DNA of 24,000 bases, taken from contig MVRN01000038.1 in assembly GCA_002067965.1 (NCBI GenBank), forward strand, positions 1 through 24,000. The letters are read 5' to 3'. The notes under the pieces are model-generated. The model was not told the origin of the DNA. It made no database searches and saw only the letters and a list, made by a program, of their open reading frames with translations. The translations under genes and the position numbers were made by a program. This document shows positions 1 to 7,863 of this stretch, one piece after another; the first letter of the stretch is position 1; each line of letters starts with the position of its first letter. The DNA comes from Pelotomaculum sp. PtaU1.Bin035. Its GTDB lineage: Bacteria > Bacillota > Desulfotomaculia > Desulfotomaculales > Pelotomaculaceae.

Positions 1-75
1 GAAATATTAAGCTATGCTTCGAAACGCTACGCTATCCTTGTGTTTTTCCTGTCTACTGAACGGGGGACGCCGCAT

Positions 76-276
76 TGCCGACCGGTAATCTTCCGGAAGC
101 AGGGAAAGCACGCGCTCCACCTGTCCGGCAAGCTCGGTCCCGTACAGCGCCTCTTCCGGATCACCGTCTGCCGCCGCCGCAGTATCAAACCATGCCGGGT
201 CTGCCGGAAGCAAGTGATTTATTTTGCGCCCGTGCTTTAAACAGACATTACGGGCGATCCGGTGAAGCCAGGTACT
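76..276 (-). pseudogene. ECF-type sigma-70 factor, C-terminal fragment (region 2.4 to start of region 4)
   Basis: The minus-frame translation reads STWLHRIARNVCLKHGRKINHLLPADPAWFDT...ELAGQVERVLSLLPEDYRSA (it extends listed ORF 7..213 upstream). WLHRIARN is the canonical end of sigma-70 region 2 and LLPEDYR the usual start of region 4. Two stop codons (277-282) lie directly upstream, and no region 2.1-2.3 precedes it on this strand. No region-4 HTH is recognisable in any frame after ...YRSA. Confidence 0.6.
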
Positions 277-418
277 TTATCAAGAATACCGGCACATGAT
301 CTTTCGTTACCTCTACCGTTGCACCGGCAGCCGCGACCTGGCCGAGGAACTGACCCAGGAGACCTTTTTTCAGGCAGCGCTTTCAATAGCCGGTTTTCGC
401 GGAGAGTGCAGTATAAGT
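272..418 (+). pseudogene. ECF-type sigma-70 factor, region 2.1-2.3 fragment, inverted relative to the rest of the gene
   Basis: The plus-frame translation VLYQEYRHMIFRYLYRCTGSRDLAEELTQETFFQAALSIAGFRGECSIS (inside listed ORF 296..604) fits the region-2 pattern (..A-E-x-L-x-Q-E-T-F.., ..FRGxS..). There is an in-frame stop at 263-265 and no SD. Similarity ends at 418, where the sequence becomes the reverse complement of the ADH fragment. Confidence 0.6.
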
Positions 419-420
419 CT

Positions 421-735
421 TTCACACTCAAATGGCGCGCCTGAAAGACAAGCCTGGCATTTCCCGCAGTATGCGTATCCCAACACCACGGGGTCCCCGG
501 GCTTCACCGTGGATACTCCTTCCCCCACTTTTTCAACAATTCCGGAGCCCTCGTGTCCCAAAACAGCGGGGAGAGGGAAAAAATACTCTTGGTTTTGCAC
601 GTGAATATCAGTAAGGCAAATCCCGGAAGCTGCCATCTTGACCAATACCTCTCCTGCTTTCGGCTCATCAAGAGTCACTGGCTCAATTTTGAATTTTTCC
701 CCTTTATGATATATAACCGCCGCCTGGATTTCCAC
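421..735 (-). pseudogene. Zn-dependent alcohol dehydrogenase (MDR family), N-terminal ~104 codons only
   Basis: This is listed ORF 370..735. It has a GTG start at 735 with GGAGG at 743-747. It carries the GroES-like domain signature GHEGSGIVEKVGEGV and the structural-zinc cysteine cluster CGKCQACLSGAPFEC. After about codon 105 the reading frame is just the antisense of the sigma fragment and soon stops. The Rossmann domain is absent. Confidence 0.7.
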
Positions 736-828
736 CTGAACACCTCCAAATTCCTATTTTGGCGGGCTTATCCCTCTCTAGATTATATTCAAGCATTAAT
801 CGCGAGGCAAATCGAAAATTTATTCCTA

Positions 829-857
829 TTTACAAAGCCGGCTGGCGGGTATATAAT
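829..857 (+). promoter_or_regulatory. sigma-A type promoter of the YtrA/GntR regulator gene
   Basis: TTTACA (829-834), a 17-nt spacer, then TATAAT (852-857). It lies 60 nt upstream of the ATG at 918. Confidence 0.55.
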
Positions 858-866
858 TACGTGTGT

Positions 867-899
867 ATTAACTGTACTATATATGTTAGTACAGTTAAT
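867..899 (+). promoter_or_regulatory. Perfect 13-bp inverted repeat, probable operator of the adjacent GntR/YtrA regulator
   Basis: ATTAACTGTACTA (867-879), then tatatgt, then TAGTACAGTTAAT (887-899). The arms are exact reverse complements. The site lies between the -10 box and the SD, and contains the GT..AC cores typical of GntR-family operators. Confidence 0.6.
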
Positions 900-917
900 G
901 CTAGAAGGAGGGGTTCT

Positions 918-1307
918 ATGTTTGAACTGGACCTGCGCAGCCGTTCACCTGTGTATGAACAGCTGGTCGAGAAATTCAAAGAGCTCATCATAAACAATGT
1001 GATGAAACCTGATGAGCAATTACCGGCCGTACGGGTGTTGGCCGGTGAATTGACCGTTAATCCCAATACCATCCAGAAAGCCTACCGGGAACTGGAACAC
1101 AGGGGATATATCTATTCTGTTCCTGGAAAAGGCAGTTTTGTCAGGCCTGCAGTTCCCGGCAATAACGCTGCCAAGCTGCGAACTTTGGAAGAGGAGCTAT
1201 CTAGAATTGTGTCGGAAATGCTCTACCTGGGATCCACCCCCCAGGAAATTATCACCCGGATTAAAACACAGTTAGCCAAAGGTGAAGGAGGTAAATTGGA
1301 TGATTGA
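918..1307 (+). CDS. GntR-family transcriptional regulator, YtrA subfamily (129 aa)
   Basis: ATG at 918 with GGAGG at 907-911. The N-terminal winged HTH reads LPAVRVLAGELTVNPNTIQKAYRELEHRGYIYSVPGKGSFV, and the C-terminal part is short, as in YtrA-type members. The listed ORF 759..1307 runs across the promoter and operator, so the upstream extension is rejected. Confidence 0.85.
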   Translation: MFELDLRSRSPVYEQLVEKFKELIINNVMKPDEQLPAVRVLAGELTVNPNTIQKAYRELEHRGYIYSVPGKGSFVRPAVPGNNAAKLRTLEEELSRIVSEMLYLGSTPQEIITRIKTQLAKGEGGKLDD

Positions 1308-1389
1308 GGTGGAGATGGTCAGCAAGCAATTCCAGGAGTTGGCAGCACTTCGAGATATAAACCTGTCAGTGCGGAAAGGATCTATATAG
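1300..1389 (+). pseudogene. ABC transporter ATP-binding protein, first 29 codons only (YtrB-like partner of the regulator)
   Basis: ATG at 1300 overlaps the regulator stop, with GGAGG at 1286-1290. MIEVEMVSKQFQELAALRDINLSVRKGSI is a typical ABC ATPase N-terminus. It stops (TAG 1387-1389) exactly where the Walker A motif should begin. Confidence 0.6.
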
Positions 1390-1831
1390 GCCCAATCCAG
1401 GCTTATTACCCCTTTGACTGACGCCACGGCGTCTTCTACGGAAACAAATCCCGTTATTTCCGCCTGCGAAACGGTCTTCCCGGGGCTTCTGCCGGTATCT
1501 CTGCCATACGCATACGGATCATAGCGCGGGTAATACTTGTCGGCTTCGCCGACCCTGGCGCCGCTGAAAGCATCGACACAGTATATAAAGTCACGGCTGC
1601 CGGGCGTATATTCCAGGTAGGTGCCGCGGCCTCCCATGCCGTAGGACTTCCTGTACTTGAGCGTGAGACCGAGTATTTGCCTATATTCAGCCTTAGCTGC
1701 CGCCGGCCCCATGATGCCAACCGGTTCGGGAAACACCAAGCCGGCCAGGCTCGGTGGAAGCTGACGACCTCGCCCGTATCGCCCTTCACGGTCATTGTGA
1801 ATATGGTGTGAACGGAAAGTGAAGTCTTCAT
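1390..1831 (-). pseudogene. Unknown gene, frameshifted and 3'-truncated
   Basis: Two overlapping listed ORFs cover it (1454..1831 and 1272..1739). Protein-like sequence starts in one frame (MKTSLSVHTIFTMTVKGDTGEVVSFHRAWPAW) and continues in another (VFPEPVGIMGPAAAKAEYRQILGLTLKYRKSYGMGGRGTYLEY...VKGVISLDWA). Past about 1390 the frame is only the antisense of the ABC/GntR genes. I do not recognise the family. Confidence 0.4.
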
Positions 1832-1947
1832 AAAAAAGCTTCTAAAGCTTTAAATTAATATTATTAAAGCCCACCCTTTTACAGGCAGGCTTATTTTAAT
1901 ATGCGCTTTTTGTAGTATCTGTCTTAGGATTTTTCAGACAGCCCCTT

Positions 1948-3165
1948 TTACTTTTCAAAGCGGAGCGCTTCGATAGGATCCAGCCCCGCCGCTTTTTTAG
2001 CCGGATAATAACCGAAGAAAACTCCGATAGCCGCTGAAAAACCTGCGGATATCAAGATGGAATATATTGTAACATATGTAGACCACCCGGCAAATTTTGA
2101 AATAATTTTAGATCCGGCGATTCCAGTGAGAATTCCCGCAACGCCGCCTGTAAGACACAGCACAAGGGCCTCAACCAGAAACTGGTTGCGTATATCTCTC
2201 TCAGTGGCCCCCACCGCCATGCGCAGGCCGATCTCTCTTGTCCTCTCTGTAACAGAAACCAGCATAATATTCATAATCCCGATACCGCCAACCAGAAGGG
2301 ACACGGCAGCCACACTGGCCAGAAGCAGGGTCATAACACCGGTGGATGTTTCAGCGGCTTCAAGGACGGAGGTTAAATTGCGCACATTAAAGTCATCGGA
2401 TTTGGCGCCAGTCAGGCGATGCCTCTCCCTCAACAGGTCCTCTATGTTGCTTTGGACAAAAGCCATACTATTCTCTGTTTCAGTCTGAACGTTGATCGTA
2501 CGGACATAATTTACACCCATCATCCTCTTTTGGACCGTGGTTACCGGCACGTATATTACATCGTCCTGATCTTGACCGGCCATGGCTGCGCCTTTTGAGG
2601 CAAGTACACCGACAACAGTAAATGCTAATTTATTTATCCTGATCGTCGAGCCAACAGGGTCGACGCCGGATGGAAAAAGGTTGTCTGCAACCGTTTTGCC
2701 TAAAACAGCCACCAGGCTGGCATTTGCTACATCATCCGCGGTAAAGAATGACCCCAGACTGATCGGCCACTTTTTTATCGACTGCATTTCCGGTGTAGTG
2801 CCATCGGCCTGGGAGGTCCAGGTTTGGTTGTTGTACGCTATATTAGCGCTGGTACTTAACTCCGGCACCGCATTGGACACCATACTCAGCCCGGCTATGG
2901 CTTTTGCGTCTTCCAACGTAAGGGTGTTTACACTTCCTGAAGCTCCCCGTACAGGTCCTTGTCCGGTACCTGAGAAAACCATAAGCAGGTTTGATCCCAT
3001 ACTGGAAATCTGGTCGGAAATTTTCTTACTGGCTCCCTGTCCCACAGAGATCATGATTATGACGGCTGCGACACCGATGATAATACCGAGCATTGTCAGG
3101 GAAGATCTCAACTTGTTCGCCTTGATTCCGTTTATTGCGACTTCAAAATTACTTGCAAGCTGCAA
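1948..3165 (-). CDS. MacB-type ABC transporter permease (FtsX domain with large extracytoplasmic domain)
   Basis: 405 aa. It has an N-terminal TM helix, an extracytoplasmic domain of about 230 aa, then three C-terminal TM helices with the FtsX-type pattern (..ERTREIGLRMAVGA..). It directly abuts the ATPase gene. Confidence 0.9.
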   Translation of the reverse strand: MQLASNFEVAINGIKANKLRSSLTMLGIIIGVAAVIIMISVGQGASKKISDQISSMGSNLLMVFSGTGQGPVRGASGSVNTLTLEDAKAIAGLSMVSNAVPELSTSANIAYNNQTWTSQADGTTPEMQSIKKWPISLGSFFTADDVANASLVAVLGKTVADNLFPSGVDPVGSTIRINKLAFTVVGVLASKGAAMAGQDQDDVIYVPVTTVQKRMMGVNYVRTINVQTETENSMAFVQSNIEDLLRERHRLTGAKSDDFNVRNLTSVLEAAETSTGVMTLLLASVAAVSLLVGGIGIMNIMLVSVTERTREIGLRMAVGATERDIRNQFLVEALVLCLTGGVAGILTGIAGSKIISKFAGWSTYVTIYSILISAGFSAAIGVFFGYYPAKKAAGLDPIEALRFEK

Positions 3166-3166
3166 A

Positions 3167-3919
3167 TTAAACCACCTCCGTTTCTCCCGGAAAGGCTGCT
3201 AAATCCCCGGCGGCGTCTCTTTGGTCCAAAACCGGCGTGTCGCCTATAATACGGCCGTCTTTTAAATTGATTAAACGGCGGCAATAGAGGGAGATATCTT
3301 TTTCATGGGTAACCATTACCACTGTAATGCCTTTCTCGATATTTAACTTCTGAATTACAGAAATAATCTCTATGCTTGTTTTTGAATCAAGGGCGCCCGT
3401 GGGCTCGTCCGCCAGGATCAAAGCAGGGTTATTTATCAGAGCCCGGGCGATGGCGACTCTTTGCTGCTGGCCGCCCGACATCTGGCCGGGATAGTGGCGC
3501 AAATATTTTGATAGTCCGACCCAATCCAAAGCCTCCGCCGCCCTGTCCGCCATCTCCTTTTTTCCTGCGCCGGCATAGAACAGCGGTAGTTGAACATTAG
3601 CCAGCACAGACACTCTTCCCAGCAAATTAAAACCCTGAAATACGAAACCAAGCCTTTTGCCACGGATAACGGCCAGCTGATTTTTATCTAATTTGGATAC
3701 ATTCTCACCGTCAAGGTAATAGCTCCCCCCGGTAGGCCTGTCTAAACAGCCGATAATGTTCAGCAGGGTGCTCTTGCCTGAACCGGAGGAACCCATGATC
3801 GCGACCATTTCACCCTTCTGGATGGTGAGACTAACACCCCTTAAGGCAAAAATCTGAGAATCTCCCATGTTATATACTTTTTTGATATTTTCAAGTATAA
3901 TTGCTGTTTTCCCTGTCAT
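3167..3919 (-). CDS. ABC transporter ATP-binding protein (MacB/LolD-type)
   Basis: Walker [10 protein letters not shown], signature [15 protein letters not shown], Walker [10 protein letters not shown]-loop VTHE. Confidence 0.95.
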   Translation of the reverse strand: MTGKTAIILENIKKVYNMGDSQIFALRGVSLTIQKGEMVAIMGSSGSGKSTLLNIIGCLDRPTGGSYYLDGENVSKLDKNQLAVIRGKRLGFVFQGFNLLGRVSVLANVQLPLFYAGAGKKEMADRAAEALDWVGLSKYLRHYPGQMSGGQQQRVAIARALINNPALILADEPTGALDSKTSIEIISVIQKLNIEKGITVVMVTHEKDISLYCRRLINLKDGRIIGDTPVLDQRDAAGDLAAFPGETEVV

Positions 3920-3973
3920 AACAACACCATCCCAAGGTATTTTTTCATTGGATCTTCTTGATGTACGCCGGCT

Positions 3974-5365
3974 TTATGGCGGAGGTCCTCCCCCTCCCGG
4001 CATAATTGGTGAATTGGCGCTCTTATTGGTGCTCTGGCTACTCGTATTCGCATTCGTAGCGCCCCCCGCGCCCACGACCACCGTTTCTCCTTCAATAAGG
4101 CCTTCTAGAATTTCATAGTTTTTTTGGTCAGACAGCCCCAATGTCACCTGCCGTGGTTGGGGAACGCCTGATTTATCCAGGACCAGGACATTAGCCTGCT
4201 GCTTCTGAGCATCCGCCTTTAAGGCAACATCCTGCGCCACTTTACTCAGATAACTAGCCGCATAAGTAACGGCGCCTTTAGCTATGGTGAGAGTATTTTC
4301 GTGTCTATTAACAATTATGTTTACGTTTGCGGGCATACCGGCCTTTAAACCCTGGTTTCCGTCCATTTGGATGATTGTATCGTAAATCTGCACGTTCGAT
4401 ATCGTGGACGCCTGGGGAGAAATGCTGCCAACCTTGCCGGTAAAGGTTTCATTCGGGAAAGAATTAACCGTTAACTCCGCCTTCTGGCCGACTTCCAATT
4501 TGCCGATATCAGCTTCGTTAACCTGTGCCTTTACCTGTAAAGCTTCAGAAATAATAACGATGAACCCGGTGCTGCCGCTGGTGCTGTTGTTATTGGCAGT
4601 CGCCCGCTGACCTTCTCCCCCGTTTACCTCGCTTACAATGCCGTCCATAGGACTGACCATTTTTGTCCCCGCCAGGTCTTTTTCCGATATTTGAAGCTGC
4701 GCGCTGCCGCTTTCCACCTGGGCGGCTGCCGCTGCGACATCTTCCTGTCTGTTGCCTTTCTGGAGCGACTTCAAAGACGCCTCTGCCTGCTTTAGCTTAC
4801 CTTCCGCGCTAACATAGCTGCTGTTTACGCTATCCAAGTCAGTCCGGGAAATGGCTCCTGCCTGATAAAGTGTTTGATTGCGCTCCAGATCCGTTTTTGC
4901 CTGGTCATAAGCCGCCTGGGCCATCTTGAGGCTTGCCTCGGCTTGGGTTATATCTTCCTCCGTCGAACCGTTTTTTAAGAGCTCAAGTTTAGCGACAGCA
5001 CTTTTCAAACTTGCTGAGCTCTGGATAACCTGCGCCTCCAAATCATCGCTTTCCTGCTCGGCCAGAATTTGCCCGGCGGTTACATGATCACCCAACTTAA
5101 CGTATATCTTTTTTACTATTTCTGCGTTTTTAAAGCTTAAGGAAACAGTGCTTACAGGCTCTATCGCGCCGGTAGCCGGGATGGTATTGGCAACAGTGCC
5201 TTTTTTAACGGTATCGGTAATGTAATTGCCCGCTGCTTTTTTGCCTCCTCCACAAATGTAAAAACCAACCATTACTACTAACATAATTGCAGCTATGCCA
5301 AGGAAAAATTTTTTTCTTATTAAGGCACTCGGAATTCTGCCGATTTGAATATTTCCCCATTTCAT
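3974..5365 (-). CDS. HlyD/MacA-family periplasmic adaptor (efflux membrane-fusion protein)
   Basis: It has an N-terminal TM helix, long alanine/glutamine-rich coiled-coil segments, beta-barrel-like C-terminal domains and a Gly/Pro tail. I prefer the ATG at 5365 (MKWGNIQIG..., SD AAAGGGG 9 nt upstream). The listed start at 5407 has no SD and lies at or upstream of the predicted transcription start. Confidence 0.85.
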   Translation of the reverse strand: MKWGNIQIGRIPSALIRKKFFLGIAAIMLVVMVGFYICGGGKKAAGNYITDTVKKGTVANTIPATGAIEPVSTVSLSFKNAEIVKKIYVKLGDHVTAGQILAEQESDDLEAQVIQSSASLKSAVAKLELLKNGSTEEDITQAEASLKMAQAAYDQAKTDLERNQTLYQAGAISRTDLDSVNSSYVSAEGKLKQAEASLKSLQKGNRQEDVAAAAAQVESGSAQLQISEKDLAGTKMVSPMDGIVSEVNGGEGQRATANNNSTSGSTGFIVIISEALQVKAQVNEADIGKLEVGQKAELTVNSFPNETFTGKVGSISPQASTISNVQIYDTIIQMDGNQGLKAGMPANVNIIVNRHENTLTIAKGAVTYAASYLSKVAQDVALKADAQKQQANVLVLDKSGVPQPRQVTLGLSDQKNYEILEGLIEGETVVVGAGGATNANTSSQSTNKSANSPIMPGGGGPPP

Positions 5366-5408
5366 TTTTATGGCCCCTTTCGATAATAATGGTTGGTTTC
5401 TGTTCATG

Positions 5409-5453
5409 ATTATAGCCAGTTATTGTGAACATGGCGTGAACAGCCGGTGAAGT
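5409..5453 (-). promoter_or_regulatory. Activator-dependent promoter of the efflux operon: three 11-bp-phased direct repeats (pho-box-like) plus TATAAT
   Basis: The minus strand reads aCTTCACcggcTGTTCACgccaTGTTCACaataactggcTATAATcatg. The repeats are at 5453-5447, 5442-5436 and 5431-5425. The -10 box is at 5414-5409, 10 nt after the proximal repeat. No TTGACA-like -35 box is present. Confidence 0.6.
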
Positions 5454-5624
5454 TTTCCACAAATGATCATGATTAGTTGCCGGGTTCAAGAAACCGGTGG
5501 TGCGCAGCTATTGAGACTTGGCGCCGGCAGGTGATGAAGGAGAAAAGTAGAGAAGCACGCAGCTTTTCAGGGAGATAGCGTAATGACGCCACATTAGAAG
5601 CGTTATTCAGGGCAGAATTATGAT

Positions 5625-5656
5625 AAAGACCGTAACCTCATGGTTATGGTCCTTTT
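5625..5656 (-). terminator. Hairpin terminator after the histidine kinase gene
   Basis: GACCGTAACC (5628-5637) pairs with GGTTATGGTC (5642-5651). That gives 10 bp with one G-U pair and a 4-nt loop. It starts 8 nt after the kinase stop and has T-rich flanks on both strands. Confidence 0.5.
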
Positions 5657-5659
5657 ACT

Positions 5660-7189
5660 TTAAGCAACAACATCCACTTCAAACCAGAATTCAACTCCGC
5701 CGTCCTTGTTCAATACGCCGTACCGTTTGTTATCTGTCTCTTGAATAGCTCTAACGATGGATAATCCCAATCCGGTCCCTCCGTAGGCTCTTGTCCGGGC
5801 TTTGTCCACTTTATAAAAACTCTCCCAGACCTTATTTAATGACCCCGGGGAAATAGGGCGGCCGGAATTATAAACAGATATACGGGCTTTGTCTTGGATA
5901 ACTTGAATAGTTATGGCAATTAACTTTTGGCCATCAACATGATTAATAGCGTTATTGAGATAATTGGTAATTATTTGTTCCGTACGAAACCGGTCGGCGC
6001 ATACAATTAATCCCGGTTCTTCCGCCAATGTGCAATTAACTTTTTTCTCTAAAAAAATAGGTTTATATTTTTCCATAATTTTTGCCGCGAGCCGGGATAT
6101 TTCAAAATTGCTTTTATCTAATTTAAAAGTACCCGCTTCTATCTGGGACAGGCCCAGCAACTCCCCCACTAATTTACCCATCTTATTGGCCTCGTCCACA
6201 ATTACGTCACAATAGAAGTTCTTGTTCTCTTCGTCCTCGTTCACATTTTCCTTCAACCCTTCAGCATAACCTTGTATTAGAGAAATCGGTGTTTTTAGTT
6301 CGTGGGAGACACTGGAGATAAATTCCTTTCTCATTTCGTCGATCCTTCGTTCCCGTTCGATATCTTCCAGAAGCTTTTGATTCGCTTCGGTCAACTCAGA
6401 TATTGCAGCATGCAACTGGGTCGATAACGAATTTATACTCTCGCCCAGCTGGCCAACTTCATCGGTAGATTCAACCTGGTATTTTTGGCTGAAATCCAGT
6501 TCGGCCATCCTCTGTGCAATATCGTTTAATTTTAATATGGGCATGGTTAGTTTCTTAGCGAAAAAATAGATAATAATACTTCCAACAATAAAGGTCAACA
6601 GCCCTGTGAACAAAAAGAAACGGTTCGCTATCCGCACGCTTTCACTGATGGAAGCAAAAGGAGTGCTGAGAATCAGGTAGTCTCCATTGTTCAGAGCCGT
6701 TATCAAGCTAATAAAGTTGGTCTGAATTCTTGGATCTTTAGAATGATTAATTACTACCTTGCCTTCTTTAAGTTTATCCTGATTCATTTGAATAAGGTTT
6801 TTTTCAAATACTTGTTTTGTTTCGGGATTTGGAAGGGGAGAATCTAAGGCCTGCAGCTCTTCAGATCGTGGCCGGGGAGCAGGAGGACGATCTTCGGAGG
6901 GCTCTTCAGGTGTCCTTTGCAAGCGGTATATTGGTTCCTGATATGAATTAAAGAAAACAATATGGATCCCCGTGGTCAGCTCCAACCTCTCCAGTTCCAA
7001 AGAAATAGTTTCCGGGTCTCCTTGATATATCTTATTAATATCTCCGTAGATGCCCATTAATTGTTTCTGCTTCTCTGAAACGTAATAGTCTTCAAGAAAC
7101 TCGCTGTTTAGAATCTGTGATAAGGCTACGAACAGCATAATTAACCCGGTCATTCCCCAGAAGAGTTTCTTGCTGATAGTCAACTTCAT
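5660..7189 (-). CDS. Sensor histidine kinase (two TM helices, ~160-aa extracytoplasmic domain, HAMP, HisKA, HATPase_c)
   Basis: H-box SHELKTPISLIQGY, N-box NYLNNAINH, G-box GGTGLGLSIV. The TM helices are near residues 9-27 and 188-210. A Pro/acidic-rich stretch (PEEPSEDRPPAPRPRSEE) lies in the external domain. The start overlaps the regulator stop by 4 nt. Confidence 0.9.
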   Translation of the reverse strand: MKLTISKKLFWGMTGLIMLFVALSQILNSEFLEDYYVSEKQKQLMGIYGDINKIYQGDPETISLELERLELTTGIHIVFFNSYQEPIYRLQRTPEEPSEDRPPAPRPRSEELQALDSPLPNPETKQVFEKNLIQMNQDKLKEGKVVINHSKDPRIQTNFISLITALNNGDYLILSTPFASISESVRIANRFFLFTGLLTFIVGSIIIYFFAKKLTMPILKLNDIAQRMAELDFSQKYQVESTDEVGQLGESINSLSTQLHAAISELTEANQKLLEDIERERRIDEMRKEFISSVSHELKTPISLIQGYAEGLKENVNEDEENKNFYCDVIVDEANKMGKLVGELLGLSQIEAGTFKLDKSNFEISRLAAKIMEKYKPIFLEKKVNCTLAEEPGLIVCADRFRTEQIITNYLNNAINHVDGQKLIAITIQVIQDKARISVYNSGRPISPGSLNKVWESFYKVDKARTRAYGGTGLGLSIVRAIQETDNKRYGVLNKDGGVEFWFEVDVVA

Positions 7190-7863
7190 AATTTCACCTC
7201 AAATTTATATCCCAACCCACGAATTGTTTTAATAAAGGAGCCTTTATCGCCAAGTTTATGCCTGAGCTTTTTTATATGGGTATCAACGGTCCTGGCGTCC
7301 CCAAAATAATTGTAATCCCAGACCGCGTCCAAGATCCGATCCCGGTTTAATGCCGTACCTTTATTATTTACCATGTAAAGCAACAACTCGAACTCCTTCA
7401 TGCTTAAGTCCAATGATACTCCGTCAACAGTCACAGACCGGCCGTTAACATCTATCTCCAATCCGCCTAAAGTGATATTAGGATCCTTACGTTCTGTCAC
7501 CCTTCTCAGCAAGGCTTGAGCTCTAGCCACCAGTATTTTAGGGCTGAAGGGCTTAGTTATATATTCATCCGCCCCCAATTCAAACCCGAACAATTCATCG
7601 GATTCCTCTGACCGGGCTGTCAGCATAATAATGGGCACATGAGAGGTCTTGCGTATTTCCCTGCATACGGCCCAACCGTCATATTCAGGCATCATTACAT
7701 CCAGAATAACTAAATCAATGTGCTGGTCAGCAAAAATATCCAAAGCCTGCCGGCCATTCTCAGCTACAAAAACATTGTAGCCGTCCTTCTTTAGAAAATC
7801 AGATACAAGTTTTATCATTCGAGGTTCATCATCGGCAATTAAAATATTTTCCTTGGTATCCAT
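7186..7863 (-). CDS. OmpR/PhoB-family response regulator (225 aa)
   Basis: The receiver domain reads ILIADDEPRM...DLVILDVMMP...LTAR. The winged-helix output domain reads LSMKEFELLLYM...RTVDTHIKKLRHKL...IRGLGYKF. ATG at 7863 has GGAGAGG upstream. The listed longer start (7965) adds 34 non-homologous residues. Confidence 0.9.
   Translation of the reverse strand: MDTKENILIADDEPRMIKLVSDFLKKDGYNVFVAENGRQALDIFADQHIDLVILDVMMPEYDGWAVCREIRKTSHVPIIMLTARSEESDELFGFELGADEYITKPFSPKILVARAQALLRRVTERKDPNITLGGLEIDVNGRSVTVDGVSLDLSMKEFELLLYMVNNKGTALNRDRILDAVWDYNYFGDARTVDTHIKKLRHKLGDKGSFIKTIRGLGYKFEVKL

Noticed and set aside
239-295. The plus-frame reading KQTLRAIR-TGA-SQVLYQEYRH looked like a sigma-factor N-terminus with an in-frame TGA, which could mean selenocysteine or a nonsense mutation.
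   Set aside because: The same nucleotides on the minus strand encode STWLHRIARNVCLKH, a far better match to the end of sigma-70 region 2. The plus-strand reading left of about 272 is an antisense coincidence.
553-1072. Listed ORFs 553..993 (+) and 857..1072 (-), and the 5' extension of 759..1307.
   Set aside because: They run across the ADH fragment, the promoter and the palindromic operator. They have no SD and an odd composition. The GntR gene has a clear SD and ATG at 918.
2057-3202. Long plus-strand ORFs (2057..2488, 2582..3202). Similar antisense ORFs occur elsewhere: 3376..3600, 4404..4610, 5964..6215, 11004..11249, 11652..11909, 12185..12802, 13004..13597, 15304..15567, 16576..17118, 17568..18128, 18178..18388, 19005..19532 and 20326..20565.
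   Set aside because: All lie antisense to genes with strong family signatures. They have Arg/Ser/Pro-rich shadow-frame composition and lack ribosome-binding sites.
5205-5489. Listed ORF 5205..5489 (-) and the 14-codon N-terminal extension of the HlyD gene to 5407.
   Set aside because: There is no SD for either. The predicted promoter (-10 at 5414-5409) places the transcription start at about 5401, downstream of both starts. The ATG at 5365 has a good SD.
5484-5501. CCGGGTTCAAGAAACCGG resembles a tRNA T-arm (GTTCAAG loop).
   Set aside because: The stem has a mismatch. No complementary acceptor strand exists about 70 nt upstream, and no D-arm or anticodon arm can be drawn.
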